Assembly (NCBI GenBank): GCA_009914755.4
Contig: CP086569.2
Span: forward strand, 10,368,001-10,432,000
DNA length: 64,000 nucleotides
Direction: 5' to 3'
DNA from: the human T2T-CHM13v2.0 reference genome, Homo sapiens
Positions 48,721 through 62,500 of this stretch are shown here, piece after piece. Position numbers and translations under genes: made by a program. How positions within the stretch are numbered: position 1 is the stretch's first letter; each line of letters opens with the position of its first letter. Below the pieces are notes generated by a model. That model saw nothing but the letters and a program-made list of their open reading frames with translations. It did no database searches and was not told the origin of the DNA.

Positions 48721-50919
48721 TGTTCTTCCTGAGGCAAAGTTAGCAATTTTCCGTTACACATGGTTCTTTCTCTGTAAGAATATCTAATGCAACAATGCAA
48801 GTGTTTCTTTCCCTCCTGGTAATGTGGGGAACTCCTTTTAGCTAAGACCAAGACTTAAAACCTTGTTCTTTCAACATTAATGAAGATCTATTTAGAAAGC
48901 CTCCATTTTTACAGAAAAGATATATAAACACCAATGAAAATGAATATGAAATTATATGACACAATTACATTGTGGAAAGACTGAATAAATAAGTGAACTA
49001 AGCTCTAAGAAAAAATATGATGATATAAAAAGATATAGAAGTAAAAACCTGGGCTGGTATAGCATAATTAATGTATCAGTAAAGTATGTACAGTGTAGAA
49101 GTGGCAGAAAGACAGCATAGAGAGTAAGACCTGACCAAAAGCTTTAAGAAAAGTTCTATACCCTTAAACGAGATTAAAGTGGACTCAGGAAAACATGGGA
49201 CACATGAGGGAAAGGACACATGCTCCAGATGGGCCAAAGCTCAGAGCATCTCTACCTTCTCCAGGAGGAAAGGGGAGGCAAAGCAGCAGGCAGAAGACAG
49301 CACAGCCAGGTCAGCACAGGGCGAAGCCAGGTGGGCTCCATCATACAGGTAGTGAGGAGCCACTGCCAGGTGGGCTTTATTCATTAGTTGGTTTTGTTTC
49401 CTTTAGTAACAAAGAGACATGATCAAAGTTGACCTTTGTAAGTGTTGCTGCAGCTGAACAAAAAGATGGATAAAACCAGTGTTTTAAAAATTATGTTGTA
49501 TACAGCACTAGCCTCAGTGAGTTATTAGTAGAACACACAGGTACACACATGCACACACATTCACACTGAGCCCAGATTATTCTGGCAAATTCTGGGTTAA
49601 GCTAACTAAAAGAAACATCTTTAGTTCTGGACTTCTCAGAACCTGGAATGCGGCTATATGACTCATAAAACAGCAAGGTTAAGACAGAGCATGTCATTTT
49701 TTCCAGAATTGTTGAAACATTTTCCTTCCCTTGGCATCAGTGTCACCTTCTTTCTCCTGGTTCTCCATCAACCTCTTTGGCTGCTCCTTCTTGATTTCCT
49801 TTTTCACGATCTGCTGCTGCTCAGCCATTCTCTTTTCATTCCCCATGGATTTCTCAAGTGTGTTTCTATTCCTGCATTTTAAACTTTCCTTGTTTTTCCT
49901 GACACTTCTCCTTGTCTGACCCTCCCCTGTTCTAAGGCAGGTGTTCCATCTGTGTGTGCTTTTGGCATCCTGGGATGCTCCCAGCATGTTCCCTGACACA
50001 CTCCATCAGGTTTTCTCTGCAGACTCTGTGAGAGCAGCAGCCTTGTTTCCACCGATCCTTCAATGCTCAGCACATAACACAGAAGCTGACTCCATAACAT
50101 TTAGTTGGCCAACTGAGACTAAATGTATGTTCCTCTAGATCTTAAAGAGTTACAAAAACATAGCACAATAGTCAAAACAATTCTCTTTAGTCAGGAGTTC
50201 TCTATATATGTACGACAGTTTGAAGTCATTATTAAAGCAAAGTGAAAGAGAAACTGTCACAGAATTCCCTAAGATAAATTATTTTGCTTTAATCTTCAAT
50301 TCATCATGTGAGATAATCAAGACCAAGTGTTATTGTAAATATTTCTTACAACACAATTAACTGATTTTTATTGTTTGAAATAACCACAAAATAAATCAGT
50401 CAATTAAAAATTGCATAAATAATCATTTCAAATAAAATTCTGCCTAAATTTTACTCATATGTTCAAATGATAATGAGCTCATAGGTGTTTCCAATACCTC
50501 AGTCAAAACATTGTACTGATTCCAGCTGTGGGAATAGTATCTGCAAGTTATTTTACAGATGGGGAAAAGGTACTTATGTGACATTGGCCTTTGCACTACT
50601 ATGCACTTTTGGGTCAGGAAAAAGCTGTTCCCTTAAAATCCTAAAATCTCTTCTCTCAGGTCTGAATGTGGATGGGAAACAAAGTTTTACAAATTTTAGC
50701 CACAGATGTTTTATTCCTTGCTTAAAGCAGTGACTAGATAAAGGCCCCTTGAAGAGCCTCCAATGATTCTTTAGAAGCGTGTGCCTGCGAATATCTTCCT
50801 GAAACACTCCCTTGTCTCTGCCCAAAATCACCTTAGGTAGGAAAATCAAAACTCAGCAGTCTGAGGAGATCCAAGGGGATCATTGAGCTCTGAGTCTTAT
50901 GAGAGAAGAGAGAGAGTTC

Positions 50920-51475
50920 TAAGACTGTTTGTGTATAAATGTATGGGTTCCAAGTGCAATTTTGCTGTAAGCATGGATGGCATAGTGGTGAACTCAGGGC
51001 TTTTAGGTATCCATCACCAGAATAATGCACATTGTACCCATTAAGTAATTTCTCACTGTTCACCCCTTCCATCCCCTCACCCTCCTGAGTCTCCATTATT
51101 CCACTCTCTACATCAATATCTACACATCTTTTAGCACCTGCTAATGAGTGATAAAATATGATGTTTACTCTGTGTCTGGCTTGCCTCACTTACAAAAATG
51201 GCCTCCAGTTTCATCCATGTGTCTGCAAAAAAGTTATGATTCTATTGTTTTTTATGCCTGAGTAGTATTTCATTGTGTATATTTTCTACATTTTCTTTCT
51301 CCAATCATTTGTTGATGGACATTTAGGTTGATTTTATATCTGTGCTACTGTGAATAGTATTGCAACAAATACACAAGTATAGTTATCTTTCTGATAGATT
51401 GATTTCTTTTCCTTTGCATAAATACTCAGTGGTGGGATTGCTGAATCAGACAGAGCCAATGGATGATCAGTAATG
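50920..51475 (-). mobile_element. 5'-truncated L1 3' end, minus orientation
   Basis: Reverse complement of the L1 3' terminus: ...cactgagtatttatgcaaaggaaaagaaatcaatctatcagaaagataactatac...tattcacagtagcacagatataaaatcaacctaaatgtccatcaacaaatgattggagaaagaaaatgtag...actactcaggcataaaaaacaatagaatcataac.... Confidence 0.8.
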
Positions 51476-52049
51476 GTGGCCAATCATCAGCTAGAAACAA
51501 AGAACTTAGCAGGGCTTGAAAACACCAAAACTCTGAGACCACTGACCTTCAAAAACTTCAACAGCCCTGAGTGAAAAGTCCAAACACATTTATCTACCAT
51601 TCAAAGATGCTTTATTGTCTGTCCTCTGTGCATCTCAGTAGCCTCTTTTTACCACACTGTCTCTATACTGCATGAGCCATTTATATGAAACTATCTGACT
51701 CTCCATGGCATCTTATACCATGTATTCAACCATGTATCCCTAGTACCTAGCACAGTCTTGGTATATAGTTTGCTACTAAACTTTTGCAGAATGAAGGAAT
51801 TATCTTGTATCGAGGTTCCAAGTTTTAAGGTGATTCTTCACTAAGAAAAAGTATTACAGTTCACAAATAATCTACTTCCCTTTTTACAGATGGGATCAAT
51901 TTTAATCTTATCTCCTAATAACATTACTTTCATTTATTCTGATCTAAATATTCTGTCCTAAGAGAGCAATAAGAAAGAGAGTTGAAGCTGGAGTTTGAAG
52001 AATTGTACATGGTTCTATGATACCTTACCTTGTTTTAACCTGAGTGACT

Positions 52050-52560
52050 CTCCCCTAGCAGAGAGAGAGCCAGACAGACTCTATTTTAGTTTCTTCACGT
52101 GCAACCCCCTTTACCTCCCTCCCTTAAGGGCATAACTAGTGTAAACTGACTCAAAGCACATCCAGGAATGCACATACTGATAAGATATTGAGGCAAGCTG
52201 CACCAGCAGCTCCTAGGGACGTGCTTGGTGAATGTCACCCAAAACCCCTGCATTTCTCTCTTTGTGATAGTTTAAGTCCCTGCACCTGGAACTGTTTCTT
52301 TGTTGTGTAACTGCTTTTGTAACCAATTAATTTTTTAACTATTTGCCAGCTCTGCTTCAGTAAAAATTGTTTCAGTTAAACTCCCCCCTCCCCTATTTAG
52401 ACCACGGAATAAAAACAAAATCAGCCCCTTCCTCGGGGCCAAGAGAATTTTCAGCGTTAGCTGCCTCTCCGTCGCTGGCTAATAAAGGATTCCTTAATTT
52501 GTCTCAAAGTGTGGCGTTCCTCTATAACTCGCTTGGTTACAACAGTCCACACTGTGGCCT
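52050..52560 (+). mobile_element. Possible solo LTR (unclassified)
   Basis: It has an internally duplicated ctcccccctcccctatttagaccacggaataaaaacaaaatcagcccc motif and an AATAAA signal (gctggctaataaaggattccttaatttgtctcaaagtgtggcg). This is weak support and is based on pattern only. Confidence 0.25.
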
Positions 52561-55530
52561 GAGGTGCATCGCCCACCTGAGCTTCATCTGTTATCTATGT
52601 CAGGGAAGATAAGCAGGGTGAGAGTGGCCTCATCAGAAGACCCAAGATCTCTGGCTTCCCCATCTGGCAAGTGCACCTCTGTGAACAAAGACTTCAGAGC
52701 CAGATGACAAGAATGGCCCAAGCAGTCCACCAGGGAAACTTGGGCCCAGTGTACATCAATGCAGAGCGTCAAGCATGGCATAACAGGTGGACAGTTGCCT
52801 ATTCCTGTTCAGAGATGACTGCATCCCACACACTGTAAAATGAAGAAATGCAGAGAAGCAGATGTAACTGAAGCAGACAGCAGGAACAACAAGGAAGGAC
52901 AACCACGACCTAGGAGGGCACCATGCCAGAGATGCCTGGACCCTATGCTAGGCTCAGTGCCTGTTATACTCTTGGGATCCAGCGCTTTCCCTCTCCATCA
53001 CAATGCATACTTGGCATTATTTGTTGTTTAAAATATTTTCCTTAGTTTTCACCTTTCCTAGGAGACACAGGCAGACCCTGTGACACTACAGCTTCTGGCA
53101 CACAGTAGGTGCATCACAAACATCTGTTGAGTTCACACACTCTTGCCTTCTCAAACCTTTTTGTCAAGTCTTCAGTGAAAAGGAATTGCTGATTGAGCAA
53201 GAATTAAACTTCTAGAGACTTCTGGATCCACTGAAGTTTAAGACAAGGTGAGATTTGTTTACTGCCATATTCCTAGCTCATAGCATACTGTAGTCACTTA
53301 AAAAATGTTTGTTGAATCAGTGACTGAATTGATTCATACGTCATACTTAGCTATATATTTTCTGAGTAAAATTGATGAATTTAATGGTTTAATTCTAGTA
53401 TAATTTTACTTTCCTTATTCAACGAACCTGACAATTCAACTTGGTGCCAAGCACACGGCTGCTGAAGTAAAGGAGGTATAAGATACAATTTCTGTCTACA
53501 AGAAAGCCACAATCTAAAAAGTAGAAACATATGAACAAATTATAATAATAAATAGGCTACATTCAAAATCAGAGGGGTCTGTTTCTATTTTAAACAGCTC
53601 TAGTCAGGAAGTGTTAGAAAGTTCTAAACAGGAAATGTTCCAACACACCATCCAAGCATGAAGCAGGAGACACCTATAATTGAGCTTGCTGCCACCAACC
53701 CCAACAGCAAGAATTCCAGTCCTGCTGCTGCAAAGTAAGTGTCACTCTGATTTTATTACTGCTGTGTAACCCAGTTTTAGACTCTCTGGTTCTCACTTAA
53801 TGTTCTAAATAAGTATTAAAGAGAAAATATTATTATGGTTTGAGCCCATCCACGGCAGACATCATAACATCATACTAGTTATAAGGCCTATCATTTAAAA
53901 GGAAAATTGTTAGCTTAACTTATTTATCCAAATATCAGTATTAGATAAACATCAGACTTTGTCATCAGACTTTGGATTTATGGGTTAAATAGCATACAAA
54001 TATGATTAGAGCCTTAAAGTTTACACTTCTCTGGTTTGCTCAAATTTTTTTCAAAATAGCATATGCCTTTCTAAAAAATTGTTAGTATATTTTTAAAAAT
54101 GAACATAAAAATATATATTTTCTCAAAACAAAATACAGCTCCCATTGGCAAATGATGATGTTGAAATACAACAGACAACTTCTCTTGGGAACCATTTAAT
54201 CAGTGCTCACTTTTGCACTCTTTCCAGAAATGTCAATGGCTTTAAAATGTAGAAGTATATTATACAACTAAACTTACACTTATTCAGTATTGTGCAATAT
54301 TTAGTACTTGTTCTAGCTATCTCTTGCTCAATAGTAAGCCATTCCAAAACTTAAGGAATTATTTATTGTTTAATTGTTTCTTGTTATTATTTGTTTAGTG
54401 ATTTTAAATAATGCTGTTTCTCGTGGTTTTGTGGGTTGATGGGCACTACAAAAGTTCTCTTTTGGAGTCTTTCTTGCGGTTGCAGTTGGTTGGCTGCTGC
54501 TGAACTCACCTGAAAGCTCAACTAGGCTAAAGAGCCTAGACAGGTCACTCATATGGCTGGCAGTGCATATTGGCTGCTGAGTGTGATGCCTATCTGACCT
54601 CTCTATGTTATCTGGAGTGCTCACAACGTGGTAGTTGGTCCCAAGACACACAGGCAAATACTACAAAGCTTCTTAGGACCTAGCCTTGGAGGTCCTAGAA
54701 TACAACTTCTGCTCCATCCTATTGATAAAGCAAGTCAGTGTGACCAGCACAGATTCAAGAAATGGGAGATTTGACTCTGTCAATGTAAAGAGCAGCATGT
54801 GCATGTAAGGAGGAAAGAAATTGAGGGCATCATCTTGAAGGCTATCATATCACACCATTATTCCAACTAATGAAAATTATGCATTAGATGGGCAGTCTTA
54901 GCTACTCATCTCTCCCCCAGAAACCCAAGCTAAGCACGGATATATTGAAGAGAATGTCAGCACCATTAAACAAACTCTAGAAAAATAACATGTGATGACT
55001 GAGGTTAATTCAGTCTGTCAATTACATCAATATAATTCCCTTCTTTTAACCCTAAATATGGTGAAGAAGAATTGAATTCTACAAAAGTCTTTCATCCGTT
55101 TTCCTATGGAATAATTAACAAACCCAATAAATGTATAAATAGTATGAAGCCCAATTTATTTTAGATTTTTACCTCTTAATTTCAAAGCTTATAGAAATCC
55201 AGAGAACTAATCATCATAATCCATAGTGCCTGGACCAGAAGTCTTTGTTCTAAGAGTATCTTCTGACATGCTAAAAATGTATTACTAACTAGGAAATTTA
55301 AAACTTTTTGGTTAGTGATTTTAAGAGAGGTGACTAACTCATCACCACAATTCACACAGATTAAGAATGGAGATTACTCTGCTGAGTGGATTCATAGTGA
55401 TCAGAAAAAAAATCACAAAAGAGGAAAAGAGATAGAGAAGGGGAAACATACTGTCAATCCCTTCAATTAAAGTGATTTTTCAAATGGTTTGATCTTATAT
55501 TTGCAAAGGAAATGCAGCTTATTGTGATAG

Positions 55531-55865
<335 letters not shown>

Positions 55866-55869
55866 CGTC

Positions 55870-56690
55870 TTCTTTTGAGAAATGTCTCCTTATGTCCCTT
55901 GTCAATGTTTTAATGGGGTTGTTTTCTTAATGTTCAACATCACTAATCATCAGAGAAATGCAAATCAATGTGAGATACCATCTGATATTAGTCAGAATGG
56001 CTACTATTAAAAAGTAAAAAAAAGACATTCTGTTTAGACTTCAGGGAAAATGAAATGTTTATACACTGTTGGTGAGAATGTAAATTAGTTCAGCCACTGT
56101 GAAAAGCAGTCTGGAGATTTTTCAAAGAATTTAAAACAGAAGTACCATTCAACCAGCAATTCCATTACTGAGTATATATCCAAAAGAAAATTTAAAATTC
56201 TACAAAAAGAAACCCCACATCCACTTGTATATGCATCATTTTGCTATTCACAATAGGGAAGGCATGGAATTAACTTATCTGTGAATCAATAAATTGGTTA
56301 GAAATATGTGTCACATATACACCATAAAATTCTATGCACACATTAAAAAGAATACAATTGTGTCCTGTGCAGCAACATGCATACTTCTGGAGGCCATTAT
56401 CCTAGGGAAATTAATACAGGAACAGAAAACCAAATACCACATGTTCTTGCCTATAAGTAGGATCTAAACATGGGGTACTCATGAATACAAAGACACCAAC
56501 AATAGACACTGAAAACTGCTAGATGAAGAAGGGAAGGAGGAGGGCAGGGGGTGAGAAACTATGAGTGTTATGCTTACTGCGTAGGTGATGGGATCAGTAA
56601 TATCCCACATTGCTCAGCATCACACAATATATCCATGTAACAAACCTGCAAATATACTCCCTGAATCTAAAAAATTTAAGGCAGAGACAG
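55870..56690 (+). mobile_element. Old L1 3' end (ORF2 tail and 3'UTR), plus orientation
   Basis: catcagagaaatgcaaatcaatgtgagataccatctgatattagtcagaatggctactattaaaaag...ctgttggtgagaatgtaaattagttcagccactgtgaaaagcagtctggagatttttcaaagaatt... Confidence 0.8.
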
Positions 56691-59570
56691 AATAAGAGGG
56701 CAGAATAGAGGCCTACATTCCCATCCACCACACAAAAACACCAAATTTTCACAACTCACTACATTCACGAATCAATGTCAAAGGGACCAAAAATTGGGTG
56801 AGCAATCCCAGTACCTGGTATTAACTTCAAATCACTGAAACAGACATTGGAGAAGACAAACAAATAAGAGACAGTCTAGAAGCACGGATGCTACCTCTTT
56901 TTCAACCACCAGTAGTGACTACATGGTGCCGAGATACTATGTTTGGGAGAGGGAGAGCATAGTTCGTGAGGCTTTGCAAAAAATTCAGTACTACCCCCTC
57001 ACAGTGAAAAGCAGAACCAGGCTGTACTCAGCTGACATTTGCCAATGGTGGGAGCACTTGTATTGGCCTTAGAAAGAGGAAAACCTCCCATCCTAGTGTT
57101 GGGAGCTTGAGTTTTTACAAGTCTTGCCATCATGAGTTGAAGTGCTATTGGACTCTAGGAGAACTTAAGGGGCAGTCTAGGCCACAAGGACTTCAATTAT
57201 TAGGCAAGTCATATTCCGAGCTGGGCTCAGAGCCAGTGGAATGTGGAGGGTGGGGAAAATGGGGTCTACTGAGACAGCAGCCAGAGCTAAGGGAGTGCTC
57301 ACAACACCAATCCTCCACTCCCACCTAGCAGCAGCCACACAACACAGAGAAACCAGTGAATTTGGGAGAGGGAGGGCACAGTGACTGGAGGACATTACAT
57401 TAAACTCAGTGCTGCCATGTCAGTAAAGACCTGGCAGAATTCATCACCTGCTGACTAAAGAACCCCTGTACCCAGAATAAAAAACAGTGACAACCAGGTA
57501 ATACACCATGGGCATTGGGCTCTGAGAAGCGCTAACTTCAGGTGTGACCCAGTACATTTCCAGCTGTGGTAGCTATGGTGAAAGACTTCTGTTTGAGAAA
57601 AGCAGGGGGGAAAGTAAAGGGACCTCTGCATTGCACATGATATGCCAGCTCAACCACAGTGGGGTAGAGCACCAAGCAGATTCTTAGAGTCCCTGAGTCC
57701 AGGCCTAGGGTCTTCTTGGTCAACATCTCTGCCCTTGCCCTGGGCCAAAGGTTGAGTCTCAGGCATTGCAGAATTTATCACAAGCTAATTAAAGAGTCCT
57801 TGTGCTTTAATTGAGAAAGTGATGATGATTTGGTGGAAATCCCCCATGAGCCAGTAGTGTTGGCAGTCATAAAAGAGGCTCTTCTGCCTGCAGACCGGGG
57901 AAGAAAGAGTAGAAAATACTTTGTCTTATTCCCAAAGTGCCAGGTTTGCTACAGTAAAATAGAAGAGAAGGTAAATTTTGAAGATTCTATGCTTTAATCT
58001 CTGGCTCCCAAGTAGCATCTGTGGACCCAATCATGGCTAGGTGAAATTGCCACCCTATAGGCAGAGACACAAACCTGGCTGGCTTTGCCACCTATTAATC
58101 ACAGAGTCCTAGGGCTTTGAATAAACTTATATGGTAGCCAAGTAGTGGTTGCAGTGGGCCTTGCATGAGACCAAGTTCTGTGCCTACTTCAGGTGTGAAC
58201 CAGCACAGTCTCAGTGGTGGTGGCCACAGGAGTGCTTATGTTACCCCAGCCCCAGCTTCACATGTCTCAGCACAGAAAGAGAGACTGATGATTTGAGAGA
58301 CAGTAAGGGAAGAGAACAAGAGTCTCTACTTGATAAATCAAGAGAATTTTTCTTGATGTTAATCCAAGGCTACCAAGGCAGTACCTCTATGTGTTTGCAT
58401 AAACTACCGTGCTATTGGGTTTGGGACCCAAGTTTCTTTGAATACCTGGAAAGTGTTCCCAAAGATAATGGGCACTAACAAACCCAGGCTGTGAAAACTA
58501 CAATAAAGACTGAACTCTTCAATGCCCAGATACAGATGAACATCTACAAGTATCAAGGCCATCCAGGAAAACATGACCTCACCAAACAAGCTAAATAAAG
58601 CATCAGGGACAAATCCTGGAAAAACAGAGATATGTGACTTTTCATACAGGAAATCCAAAATAGCTGGTTGAGGTAATTCAAAGAAATGTACAATATAACA
58701 CAGAGAAGGAATTCAAAATTCTATCAGATAAATTTAACAATGAGATTGAAATAAAAAGAATAAAGCAGAAATTCTGAAGTTAAAATGCTATTGTCATACT
58801 GAAGAATGGATCAGAATTACTTAAAAGAATTGAACAAGGAGAAGATAGATTTAGTGAACTTGAAGTCAGACTATTTAAAAATACAAAGTCAGAGGAGACA
58901 AAAAAGAATAAAAAATAAAGCACGTCTGTAGAATTTAAAAAATAGCCTCAAAATAGCAAATCTAAGAGTTATTGGCCTTAAAGAGGAGGTAGAAAAAGAG
59001 ATGAGTTGAACATTTATTTAAATAAATAATATTAAACAATTCCTCAACATTTGATATCAATATTCGAGTAACAGAAAGTTACAGAACATAAAGCAGATTT
59101 AACCTAAAGAAGCCACCTGAAGTCACGTAACTGAACTCCCAAAGATTAAGGATTAAGAAATGATTCTAAAAGCATCGAGAGAAGAGAAAGAAATAACATT
59201 CAGTGGAACTCCAATACATCTGACAGCAGACTTTTCAGGGGAAAATTTACAGGCTGGGAGACTGGCATGACGTATTAAAAAAGCTAAAGAAAAAAAGACT
59301 TTTACTTTAGAATAATGTATCTGACAAAAACGTCCTTTAATTTGACGGAAAAATAAGAACTTTTCCCGACAGAAAAAAAAAAAAAAACAGGGATTTCATT
59401 AACACCAGACCTGTCCTACAAGAAATGCTAAAGGGATATCTTAACCTAAAAGAAAAAAAGTGAGCAAGAAGAAATCATCTGAAGGTACAGAACTCACTAG
59501 CAATAGCACATGGAAAAACACTGAATATTATAACATGGTAATTATGGGGTGCAAAAATCTCAAATAGAAA
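56690..59570 (+). mobile_element. 5' portion (5'UTR, ORF1, inter-ORF) of an older L1, plus orientation. It is interrupted at about 59570 by a younger L1 in the opposite orientation.
   Basis: A long L1-type 5'UTR is followed by ORF1-like sequence (58700-59300, Lys/Glu-rich: ...aaagaataaagcagaaattctgaag...gaacaaggagaagatagatttagtgaacttgaagtcag...) and an inter-ORF region (aacaccagacctgtcctacaagaaatgctaaagg...). The assignment is by pattern only. Confidence 0.55.
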
Positions 59571-62500
59571 GAGTAAACATATGAACTTTAAAGTACTTTT
59601 TTCCAATTCTGTGAAGAAAGACATTTGTAGCTTGATGGGGATGGCATTGAATCTATAAATTACCTTGGGCAGTATGGCCATTTTCACGATATTGATTCTT
59701 CCTACCCATGAGCATGGAATGTTCTTCCATTTGTTTGTATCCTCTTTTATTTCATTGAGCAGTGGTTTGTAACTCTCCCTGAAGAGGTCCTTCACATCCC
59801 TTGTAAGTTGGATTCCTAGGCATTTGATTCTCTCTGAAGCAATCGTGAATGGGAATTCACTCATGATTTGGCTCTCTGTTTGTCTGTTATTGGTGTATAA
59901 GAATGCTTCTGACTTTTTACATTGATTTTGTATCCTGAGCCTTGGCTGAAGTTGCGATTCAGCTTAAGGAGATTTTGGGCTGAGACAATGGGGCTTTCTA
60001 GATATACAATCGTGTCATCTGCAAACAGGGACAATTCGACTTCATCTTTTCCTAATTGAATACCCTTTATTTCCTTCTCCTGCCTGATTGCCCTGGCCAG
60101 AACTTCCAACACTATATTGAATAGGAGAGGTGAGAGAGGGCATCCCTATCTTCTGTCGGTTTTCAAAGAGAATGCTTGCAGTATTTGCCCATTCAGTATG
60201 ACACTGGCTGTGGGTTTGTCATAGATAGCTCTTATTATTTTGAGAAACGTCCCATCAATACCTAATTTATTGAGAGTTTTTAGCATGAATGTTGTTGAAT
60301 TTTGTCAAAGGCCTTTTCTGCATCTATTGAGATAATCACGTGGTTTTTGTCTTTGGTTCTGTTTATATGCTGGATTACATTTATTGATTTGCCTATGTTG
60401 AACCAGTTTGCATCCCAGGGATGAAGCCCACTTGATAATTGTGGATAAGCTTTTTGATGTGCTGCTGGATTCGGGTTGCCAGTATTTTGTTGAGGATTTT
60501 TGCATCAATGTTCATCAAGGATATTGGTCTAAAATTCTCTTTTTGTGTTGTGTCTCTGCCCGGCTTTGCTCTCAGGATGATGCTGGCCTCATAAAGTGAG
60601 TTAGGGAGGATTCCCTCTTTTTCTATTGATTGGAATAGTTTCAGAAGGAATGGTAATAACTCCTCCTTGTACCTCTGGTAGAATTCGGCTGTGAATCCAT
60701 CTGGTCCTAGGCTTTTTTGATTCGTAAGCTATTGATTATTGTCTTAATTTCAGAGCCCGTTATTGGTCTATTCAGAGATTCAACTTCTTCCTTGTTTAGT
60801 CTTGGGAGGGTGCATGTGTTCAGGAATTTATCCATTTCTTCTAGATTTTCTGGTTTATTTGCATAAAGGTTTCTATAGTATTCACTGGTGGTAGTTTGTA
60901 TTCCTGTGGGATCAGTGGTGATATCACCTTTATCATTTTTTATTGCATCTGTTTAAGACTTCTCTGTTTTTTTCTTTATGAGTCTGCTAGCAGTCTATCA
61001 ATTTTGTTGATCTATTCAAAAAACCAGCTCCTGCATTCGTTGACTTTTTGAAGGGGTATTTGTATCTCTATTTCCTTCAGTTCTTCTCTAATTTTAGTTA
61101 TTTCTTGCGTTCTATGAGCTTCTGAATGTGTTTGCTCTTGCTTCTCTAGTTCTCTTAATCGTGATGTTAGGGTGCCGTATTAGATCTTTCCTGCTTTCTC
61201 TTGTGGGCATTTAGTGCTATAAATTTCCCTCTACACACTGCTTTGAATGTGTCCCAAAGATTCTTGTATGTTGTGTCTTTGTTTTCTTTGGTTTCAAAGA
61301 ACATCTTTATTTCTGCCTTCATTTCGTTATATACCCAGTAGTCATTCAGGAGCAGGTTGTTCAGTTTCCATGTAGTCGAGCAGTTTTGAGTGAGTTTCTT
61401 AATCCTGAGTTCTAGTTTGATTGTACTGTGGTCTGAGAGACAGTTTGTTATAATTTCTGCTCTTTTACATTTGCTGAAGAGTGCTTTACTTCCAACTATG
61501 TGGTCGACTTTGGAATAGGTGTAGTGAGGTGCTGAAAAGAATGTATATTCTGTTGATTTGGGCTGGAGAGTTCTGTAGATGTCTATTAGGTCCGCTTGGT
61601 GCAGAGCTGAGTTCAATTCCTGGATATCCTTGTTAACTTTCCTTCTCATTGATCTGTCTAATATTGACAGTGGGTGTTAAACCCCCCTATTATTATTGTG
61701 TGGGAGTCTAAGTCTCTTTGTAGGTCTCTAAGTACTTTCTTTATGAATCTGGGTGCTCCTGTATTGGGTGCATATATATTTAGGATAATTAGCTCTTTTT
61801 GTTGGATTGATCCTTTTACCATTATGTCATGGCCTTCATTGTCTCTTTTGATCTTCACTGGTTTAAAATCTGTTTTATCAGAGACTAGGATTGCAACCCC
61901 TGCCTTTCTTTGTTTTCCATTTGCTTGGTAGATCTTCCTCCATCCCTTTATTTTGAGCCTGTGTGTGTCTCTGCACATGAGATAGGTTTCCTGAACACAG
62001 CACACTGATTGTTCCTGACTCTTTATCCAATTTGACAATCTTTGACTTTTAATTGGAGCATTTAGCCCATTTACATTTGAGGTTGATATTGCTATGTGTG
62101 AAATTTATCCTGTCATTATGATATTAGCTGGTTATTTTGTTCATTGGTTGATGCAGTTTCTTCCTAGCATTGATGGTCTTTACAATTTGGTGTTTTTGCA
62201 GTGGCTGGTACAGGTTGTTCTTTTCCACTTTTAGTGTTTCCTTCAGGAGCTATTTTAGGGCAGGTCTGGTGGTGACAAAATCTCTCAGCATTTGCTTGTC
62301 TGTAAAGGATTTTATTTCTCCTTCACTTACGAAGTTTAGTTTGGCTGTATATGACATTCTGGGTTCAAAATTCTTTTCTTTGAGAATGTTGAATATTGGC
62401 CCCCACTCTTCTGGCTTGTAGAGTTTCTGCCAAGAGATCAGCTGTTACTCTGAAGGGCTTCCCTTTGTGGGTAATCTGACATTTCTCTCTGGCTGCCCTT

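Noticed and set aside
52050-52560. Possible LTR that I considered calling confidently
   Set aside because: It has only an AATAAA signal and an internal direct repeat of about 48 bp. There is no recognisable family match from memory, so it is kept only at low confidence.
59475-62038. L1 ORF2 pieces as potentially functional retrotransposon proteins
   Set aside because: ORF2 is split into at least four separate ORFs by stops and frameshifts, and lacks its C-terminal part. ORF1 has no intact long ORF. The element is inactive.
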